Shown: positions 51,749-57,741 of the stretch, one piece after another
How positions within the stretch are numbered: the first letter of the stretch is position 1
How the letters are laid out: each line of letters starts with the position of its first letter
Assembly: GCA_964625245.1 (NCBI GenBank)
Contig: CAZVAN010000001.1
Span: 1-57,741, forward strand
Length of the DNA stretch: 57,741 nt
Direction: 5' to 3'
From: an uncultured Candidatus Saccharibacteria bacterium
GTDB lineage: Bacteria > Patescibacteriota > Saccharimonadia > Saccharimonadales > UBA10212
Made by a program: the position numbers and the translations under genes
The notes under the pieces: model-generated
What the model saw: the letters and a program-made list of their open reading frames with translations, nothing else
What the model was told of the DNA's origin: nothing
The model's database searches: none

Positions 51749-52516
51749 CTACCTACCCTCCGTGCTTGTCTGGCTACTATTAAACAATGTACTGGCTGGG
51801 TCGTTTAGTCTAGATGGCGGGTTGGTTTGTTTGACTGATAGATCTAGGGATACAGCTTTGCCTTGAGTGTCAACTAAGTTATTGGCGAATAGCTTAGTGT
51901 CATATTGTAGATTTATAGTATAGCCGGCATTAGTTGGATTAATGCTAAAAGAGCTTTCTACCACCGACGGGAAGGCCGTTTGGCTACAAACTTTCTTATC
52001 ATTATTCCACTGCCCGCTAGCGGACGAACAGCCTTTTTGATCCTTTACATCGGGTATCGCGTAGGTAGTCGTTTTGAGAGTGTCCACAAAAGTGTTAACG
52101 GCTTGCTGAGAGTTGGCCGTACCTGAAATAATCATCGTTGATTGGGTTGTATCAATGTCCAATTTATTGATACTGACGTCAGCCGGTGTTATTTCCGGAA
52201 GATATACGAAAATTTGTGATAGGGCGTGCTTGCTTTGGTGTAGCTGGGATAAAGCTTGAAGTTGACTCTGGACCGTAATTATCTGGTCAATTCCAGGTAT
52301 AGCTTTAAGTTTCTGACTGGCCGCGTCAACTGCCTTACTGGAATTATCCATCTGTCTCTTCTGCACCACATTGACCATTAAAAGCATGGTTAGAAAAATC
52401 GCCAAACTAACCACCCCGGCTAGAAGGGATAGTCGAACTACCGTCTTTTCCAGATGTTTAGTGCGGTTATACTCCAACTTGACGTCGGGCAGCAGATTGA
52501 ACTGTACTTTGCTCAT
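51749..52516 (-). CDS. pilN: PilN-like pilus assembly protein
   Basis: 255-aa ORF. The N-terminal FNLLP motif is followed by one TM helix. It overlaps pilM by 4 nt. Confidence 0.68.
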   Translation of the reverse strand: MSKVQFNLLPDVKLEYNRTKHLEKTVVRLSLLAGVVSLAIFLTMLLMVNVVQKRQMDNSSKAVDAASQKLKAIPGIDQIITVQSQLQALSQLHQSKHALSQIFVYLPEITPADVSINKLDIDTTQSTMIISGTANSQQAVNTFVDTLKTTTYAIPDVKDQKGCSSASGQWNNDKKVCSQTAFPSVVESSFSINPTNAGYTINLQYDTKLFANNLVDTQGKAVSLDLSVKQTNPPSRLNDPASTLFNSSQTSTEGR

Positions 52517-53556
52517 GGGTTTCTCTCCGCTAGTCCTGCTGCGATGGCAAAAGTATTGGATACCGCGTCCAGCTCATTCTGGCGAGCCGGCGGTATGCTA
52601 ATATTGCGCCAAGCGCTACCTATCTCAACGCTAATGCCAAACTTATTTGCCAGATATATTGGAAACTCTGGCAGAACAGACGCTCCACCTGTAACTATAA
52701 TTCGTTCTATCTTGAGGGTCGGATAGCGTCCTTGAAAGAATTTTATGGACTTGTCTATTTCAATAGCCAGACCTTCAATAATACTAATAATGGAGCTATA
52801 TACCTTCCCTTCCAACTTGTCTTTCCCTATACCAAACTTAAAGACGAACTGCCGGGCTTGTTCGCGGTCAATGCCAAGGTGCTGAGCCGTAGCCGTAATA
52901 AGCGCCTGATGCCCAATTGGTATTGATCTTGAAAGGTGAGGGACACTACCAACAGCTATGACAATATCGCTAGCGGCGCTACCTATATCTATAAGGACTT
53001 GCGCCAAGTTATTATCCGCCGGTACTAAAGACCGAGCCATGGCCATGGTGTCGGGTTCAAAAGCAATTACGTTCAGTCCGATAGACTCCAGCATCTCAAG
53101 CCGGCTTTCTACATAACTATTGGCAATCGACGAAAGCAGGACTTCAATTTTTTTGGGATCTTTGGGCGAGTCGCCGATTACCGCCCAGTCAATCTTAGAT
53201 TCGGCCAGAGGTGTAGGTATGTAAGAATCAGCTTGAAAACGGATAGTTTTGGCCAGCTCATTTTCCGGCAGGCGGTCCATGTCTATAACGGTGGTAAAAA
53301 CCCGGCTGGAAGCCAGATTAACAGCTACGTTCCTGGTAGATATACCGCTGCTCTTCAAAAGTTGGCTGATTACAGCCATAACTTTGGCCTGGTCAGCCTT
53401 GGCCTCGCTCAGGGCAACCGTCCCCTCAAACGGCGCATAGCCGTAGCGCGATAACTCCCTCAAGGGACCACTGCCTTTGAGTTCTACAGCCCTAGCAGCT
53501 GTTATACCTAGATCTAAGCCAAAAAAATCAGATTGCCCACTCAGTGTACGGATCAT
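52513..53556 (-). CDS. pilM: Type IV pilus assembly protein PilM (actin-like ATPase fold)
   Basis: 347-aa ORF with FGLDLG at the N-terminus, DIGSAASD, and IIVTGGAS motifs of the FtsA/PilM family. Confidence 0.88.
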   Translation of the reverse strand: MIRTLSGQSDFFGLDLGITAARAVELKGSGPLRELSRYGYAPFEGTVALSEAKADQAKVMAVISQLLKSSGISTRNVAVNLASSRVFTTVIDMDRLPENELAKTIRFQADSYIPTPLAESKIDWAVIGDSPKDPKKIEVLLSSIANSYVESRLEMLESIGLNVIAFEPDTMAMARSLVPADNNLAQVLIDIGSAASDIVIAVGSVPHLSRSIPIGHQALITATAQHLGIDREQARQFVFKFGIGKDKLEGKVYSSIISIIEGLAIEIDKSIKFFQGRYPTLKIERIIVTGGASVLPEFPIYLANKFGISVEIGSAWRNISIPPARQNELDAVSNTFAIAAGLAERNP

Positions 53557-53610
53557 ACTTATTGTTGATTATAGCATGAGCGCTTTACTCGCCCACCCTT
53601 GTTTTTAATT

Positions 53611-54807
53611 TTAAAATACCGGGGGTAGTGAGGTTATGCTATCGACCGGTAGACCAGCGGCCGAATTAGAGCTAGTAGAGCCGCTGAAGAAACTGCCGCC
53701 CATTATTACATCGGGGGTGTAGTTGATAATTTCGGCAACGTTACACGTTGCTGGCGCTGGCGGGGTGCAGCTACCTCCCGGCGCAGTGAAGGTGTTGATT
53801 GAATCTTCGCCGGGGTTAGGAGTTGTTATGTCGCCCTTCACCCGCAAGAAGTTAACCTGTTTGGCAATAAAAGCACCGTTAACCAACAGAGGGTTGGTGC
53901 AGGTCGGCGGATAGAAATAATCTAGCGTGAGCGAATTATTGGGATGGCAAGTCCAAATAGTACCGTCATCAGCATTAATCGTGTTGGCGTCATTAGTCGC
54001 CGGTTCGGCGATATATACACCGTCCAGTTGCGTCACGGCCGGGTCTATGTAAATACTGCCGCTAGCCACCAACGAAAACTTGGGCACATTGTTGGCATTG
54101 TGCGGTGCATAGGTAATGTTACTAGGGATATAAGCATTACCTTTCACAAAAACGGTGATGTGCTTACCAGCGGGAATTGCAATGCCAGCGGGATTAATGA
54201 CTGCATTTGAGCCGCTCGACGGCGTCATTAAATATTGACCGTCAGCATTATTAAGGTCTATAGAGTCACCGTAAGCAGTTATGTTGCAGCAACTTTGGGG
54301 AGAATTTTGCTTTGTGCCAAAATAATCCGGAATACAGTTGCTTTGACGAACATTGCCTTCATATAGCCCTCCCCAGGTATTGCCGCTATGGTTATTAGAA
54401 AAAGCTAGAGCCCAAGGGAATGTAGGAGTGGTTGCGGCCTGGGCGCCAGCACTGTTAAAACCATCGTTTTGTGTGGCGTCTCCATCAATTGAGCCAAGCG
54501 AGAAAGCCGCATATTGAGATGACGCGCCGTTTGTTTGTAGATAACTTACATTGTTGTTAACTCTGGCATAAGTTAAAATTCCGCCATTTCTGATATCAGC
54601 CCCGCCCTGCGGGTAGTTTGAGTCCTGGTAATAACCGGAGGATTGAGCTGGGCAGCTGTTACCGGACTTATACCAACCGCCAGTCATAACATCGCCACCG
54701 TATGTCTTAAAATACGGCTGGTTAGCTGAAACCGTGCCCAAAGAGGCCAGTAATAGCAGTGCACTTACAATAAGCGCAGGTAGTCTTTTAAGGTGTTCTA
54801 CCTTCAT
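53611..54807 (-). CDS. Secreted protein of unknown function at the head of the pilus locus
   Basis: Likely start is MKVEHLK (Met-18 of the listed ORF). Signal peptide ...LLLLASLGTVSANQ. Gly/Asn/Ser-rich mature part; no family recognised. Confidence 0.5.
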   Translation of the reverse strand: MKVEHLKRLPALIVSALLLLASLGTVSANQPYFKTYGGDVMTGGWYKSGNSCPAQSSGYYQDSNYPQGGADIRNGGILTYARVNNNVSYLQTNGASSQYAAFSLGSIDGDATQNDGFNSAGAQAATTPTFPWALAFSNNHSGNTWGGLYEGNVRQSNCIPDYFGTKQNSPQSCCNITAYGDSIDLNNADGQYLMTPSSGSNAVINPAGIAIPAGKHITVFVKGNAYIPSNITYAPHNANNVPKFSLVASGSIYIDPAVTQLDGVYIAEPATNDANTINADDGTIWTCHPNNSLTLDYFYPPTCTNPLLVNGAFIAKQVNFLRVKGDITTPNPGEDSINTFTAPGGSCTPPAPATCNVAEIINYTPDVIMGGSFFSGSTSSNSAAGLPVDSITSLPPVF

Positions 54808-54871
54808 ACATAAGCAGTATACAGCTATCCACTTTTTTGCAAAAGAGCTGGCAACCAAGAGATGGGATTAA

Positions 54872-55939
54872 CTAACTTCTCTTGAGCGGTTGCTTAGGAA
54901 GAAGTTTGATTTTTTTCAACGAGCCTAAATTCCTGGGCAACGGTTTCAGATTGATTGGTGTGTTTAGTTTCTGCACAATGGTTTCTGGGGCAGTCTTGAC
55001 GTTTTTACGGCCGCCGGCAATAGCTAGTTGGACTATTTGTCTGGCAATGTTAACTTTGGCTATGCTCTCGATAGCAAAACCAGGACTGGTGTTAACCTCT
55101 ATGACTACCCGCTTAGTCCCGGACGGCATGATGTCTACGCCTGCAACAGCTAGACCTACTGCCCGGGCGGCACGTTCTGCCAAATTAATCTCTTCCTCGT
55201 TTGGATTATAGCTATGACCAACTCCGCCGAGCGAAATGTTGGCCCTTATTTCGTCCCTTCGAGCTGAGCTGCGCATCATGGTGCCTACCAACTTTCCGCC
55301 AACTATAATAAAGCGCAAATCAACATATCTATCTTTTTTTGTCGGCTCTATAAATTGCTGCAGCAAAATCGGTATGTTATTGGCCAAAAAGCCATCAACG
55401 ATAGCCCTGGCATCGCCGCGAGAATCCGCTGGCATTACGCCCCGACCATGGGTGCCGGTATTGGTTTTAATGATCAAACGTTTATAAGTGATGGGTTCGA
55501 CAATCTTCAGAGCCTTATCAACGTCCAGTTCGTAGGCTTCGGTACCCGTTATGGCGGCGCTGCGGGGCACCGGTACACCAGCGGCAGCCAACGCCATAAG
55601 GCTGCTAATCTTATTTTTGGCTAGTCTGATTGCCGTAGGCGAAGCTGTGGAATAAACCCCATTACTTATTAATACTTCCAGAGCCAGGGTCGCCAGATTT
55701 ATGCTTTGCTCATCGGCCTCATTAATTCTGGGAATAACGGCATCAACCTTAACCTGAAGCAGCGTCCCTCTCTTGTTTGGCTGGTACAAAATCCGCTTAT
55801 TTTTAGTTGTCACGACAACGGTTTTGCGATAATTAATAATCCGGGCCCGATGGCCCTTTAGTCTAATCTCCCGAACCAGCCGTTTATTCTCGTAAACGTC
55901 CTCACGGCCTAATTCAGCCGAGAGTATACCAATGCGCAT
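54872..55939 (-). CDS. RimK-family ATP-grasp ligase
   Basis: Collinear with RimK from MRIGILS (Met-19 of the listed ORF) through the ATP-grasp core (...RANISLGG...VAGVDIM...VIEVNTSPG...). It has a basic C-terminal tail. Confidence 0.8.
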   Translation of the reverse strand: MRIGILSAELGREDVYENKRLVREIRLKGHRARIINYRKTVVVTTKNKRILYQPNKRGTLLQVKVDAVIPRINEADEQSINLATLALEVLISNGVYSTASPTAIRLAKNKISSLMALAAAGVPVPRSAAITGTEAYELDVDKALKIVEPITYKRLIIKTNTGTHGRGVMPADSRGDARAIVDGFLANNIPILLQQFIEPTKKDRYVDLRFIIVGGKLVGTMMRSSARRDEIRANISLGGVGHSYNPNEEEINLAERAARAVGLAVAGVDIMPSGTKRVVIEVNTSPGFAIESIAKVNIARQIVQLAIAGGRKNVKTAPETIVQKLNTPINLKPLPRNLGSLKKIKLLPKQPLKRS

Positions 55940-56023
55940 ACTTGGAATGATACTCCAGCTTGGAGTTTTATGCTTCAGTGTTCCCGGCTCCACAGGTCCT
56001 CGCTGCTCACAAGGGTGAGACCG

Positions 56024-56269
56024 CTAACGGGCGCTCGTCAGACTTATTGGCGGATACTCGCTAAGGTCAGTAGATAATTCATACCACTGTGGACTGTAGC
56101 CGTATTCAAACTTGATTGGCGATGGCACGGCCGGAGCTGGCTCCGCTTGAGACGTAGCTAAATCATTATTAGCACTCTCTGCATGAACGCTGCAGACAGC
56201 CAAGGCTATAGTGACAAGTGAAAGTATAAAAATATAGGTAACAAAAAAGCAACGTAAAAACGCAGTCAT
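56024..56269 (-). CDS. Small secreted/membrane protein
   Basis: 81-aa ORF with a signal-like N-terminal hydrophobic segment ending ...VHAES. Confidence 0.4.
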   Translation of the reverse strand: MTAFLRCFFVTYIFILSLVTIALAVCSVHAESANNDLATSQAEPAPAVPSPIKFEYGYSPQWYELSTDLSEYPPISLTSAR

Positions 56270-56392
56270 AGCACCTCCTTGTTATAATATACACTTTATT
56301 GTTTAATATGTATATTGCATATGCTTATAAGGGGGTGTCGCCCGCTAGGCTCGGGAATATGCTATCCTGAGCTCAAGAAGCGAAAGACAAAG

Positions 56393-57741
56393 ATGGTAAG
56401 TGTAATTAAAAAGCAGCCAAAAACTCCACTAACCGCTGCTCCCTCGGCAGAAAACACTCTGGTTCAAGAAATTGAAAAAACTCTGTGGCGGGATAAATGG
56501 CTGTCGGTACCCATTTTTGCGGGACTGGTATTGGCCGCAGTTATTAGTGGTTTCTTGTGGATATACCACGGCTCGTTAGCTCCTGTTTATGTGGCCAACT
56601 TACGAGTATCGGCTCACCAAAATCAGACGGATTTGCAAAGTAAGTTAATCGCCAGCACCTCAGATTACAAGTTGTCGATTCAGGATGAAAACGGCCACAC
56701 CGCAAAGTATCCGCTGGCCAAGGTTGGCATGTCAGTTGATATTAAAAAATCGGCTCAAGCTGCCAAAGCCCAGTTCACCGGCGACGCCCTAGCCCGCCTG
56801 CAATGGTGGCAGCCTATAAAAGTTGACTTGGTAGTAAATACTAATAAGGACGCCCTGGATAATTTTTTACACCAATCAGTCATTAAGCTGGATCAGCCCT
56901 ATCAAAACGCATCACTAAGCGCGGACAACGGCCAAGCAGTCATAACGGCCGATAGCACTGGCAAAGGATGGGATTTGGCTAACCCTTATTATGACGTGCC
57001 TGAGGCTGTTGCCAACCTGTCTACCAAACCACTCAAGCTTCAGAAAATGACTATTCCGCCGGCCATAAAACGGTCTGAGCTAAACGATGAGCTAGCCAAG
57101 CTTCAAAACATACTGAACCAGAAAATTGTGCTCAATGTTGGTAGTGGTAGCAGCGTTACGGCTACGCCAGCCGACATTGCCAGCTGGCTGGATTTAAACC
57201 CTGTAGAGCACGCTAAAACCGTCGACATAAGCGTAAACAGCGGACGGGTTCTGGATTATTTAAATAAAATTGCTAAGCCATACATACAGCCGCCCCGAAG
57301 TCGGCTGGTCCAAACCCAAACCGACGGCTCGGTTACGGTTTTAGACCCCGGTACCAACGGCATCGACATCGTTAACAAAGACAAGACGGCTGGCGATATT
57401 GCCAAATTGGTACTGGCTGGCAGAGGTGTAAATCAAAACCTCGATATCGACTATGCGGCTGCTAAGACAGTGGAGGTTCAACCCTACGACAGATGGATAG
57501 TGGTTGATACAACCGCTAAGCGGATGTATGCCTACGAAAAGAGTACTCTGGTGCATAGTTTTCTAGTCTCCGCCGGCGCACCGGCTACACCAACAGTACT
57601 TGGGCAATACGCCATTTATTCCAAGATTCGGATTCAGGATATGCAGGGCGCCAACGCCGACGGCAGTCGCTACTACCAACCAAACGTGGAGTGGGTAAAT
57701 TATTTCTACGCCGACTATGCCATTCATGGCAACTATTGGCG
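56393..57741 (+). CDS. L,D-transpeptidase (YkuD domain) with N-terminal TM anchor; 3' end outside the window
   Basis: Hand translation from the ATG at 56393 stays open to the window edge. It has a TM helix (WLSVPIFAGLVLAAVISGFLWIY), and the C-terminal part reads VVDTTAKRMYAYE...SAGAPATPTVLGQYAIYSK...DYAIHGNYW (YkuD HG motif). Confidence 0.8.
   Translation, partial: MVSVIKKQPKTPLTAAPSAENTLVQEIEKTLWRDKWLSVPIFAGLVLAAVISGFLWIYHGSLAPVYVANLRVSAHQNQTDLQSKLIASTSDYKLSIQDENGHTAKYPLAKVGMSVDIKKSAQAAKAQFTGDALARLQWWQPIKVDLVVNTNKDALDNFLHQSVIKLDQPYQNASLSADNGQAVITADSTGKGWDLANPYYDVPEAVANLSTKPLKLQKMTIPPAIKRSELNDELAKLQNILNQKIVLNVGSGSSVTATPADIASWLDLNPVEHAKTVDISVNSGRVLDYLNKIAKPYIQPPRSRLVQTQTDGSVTVLDPGTNGIDIVNKDKTAGDIAKLVLAGRGVNQNLDIDYAAAKTVEVQPYDRWIVVDTTAKRMYAYEKSTLVHSFLVSAGAPATPTVLGQYAIYSKIRIQDMQGANADGSRYYQPNVEWVNYFYADYAIHGNYW

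Overview
The window looks like a streamlined, moderately low-GC bacterial genome of the CPR/Patescibacteria type, possibly Saccharibacteria-like. That assignment is an inference from several traits: compact overlapping genes, a secretin-less type IV pilus locus, a ThrRS with no N-terminal editing region, an expanded 16S V1 helix, and lipid-scavenging enzymes. Left to right, the window holds: the 5' end of a 16S rRNA gene; patatin and GDPD lipid-scavenging genes; gyrB-gyrA; an orphan VirD4/TraG-like ATPase module; a 1.35-kb ORF-poor region with a promoter/terminator-bounded sRNA candidate; comM; infC-rpmI-rplT; RNase P RNA; an ASCH-RNase HI fusion; housekeeping genes (M50 protease, rpmB, miaA, ATL, thrS, tgt, nrdR, a GT2 synthase, a PPIase, ndk, a Xer recombinase); and six tRNAs. 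The right 24 kb is mostly a roughly 21-kb minus-strand type IV pilus locus (pilM-N-O, pilB, pilT, pilC, duplicated major pilin, pilD, several giant pilin-like adhesins). It is followed by a RimK-like ligase and a partial L,D-transpeptidase. The most notable non-routine signals are four. (1) Two strongly GC-rich, Actinobacteria-like single-gene inserts at 30.7-33.7 kb, next to tRNA-Arg and the Xer recombinase, encode a cutinase-type lipoprotein and a secreted enzyme-like protein. (2) A paralogous, apparently structured ~125-nt RNA element with compensatory base changes directly precedes both tRNA-Val and tRNA-Arg. (3) The major pilin gene is a near-perfect 479-bp tandem duplication, and a pilin-like adhesin carries a 12-nt (G/S)YTG repeat tract. 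(4) There are several promoter/terminator-delimited small RNA or small ORF candidates. All coordinates for RNA elements, promoters and terminators were read by eye and are approximate to a few nucleotides.
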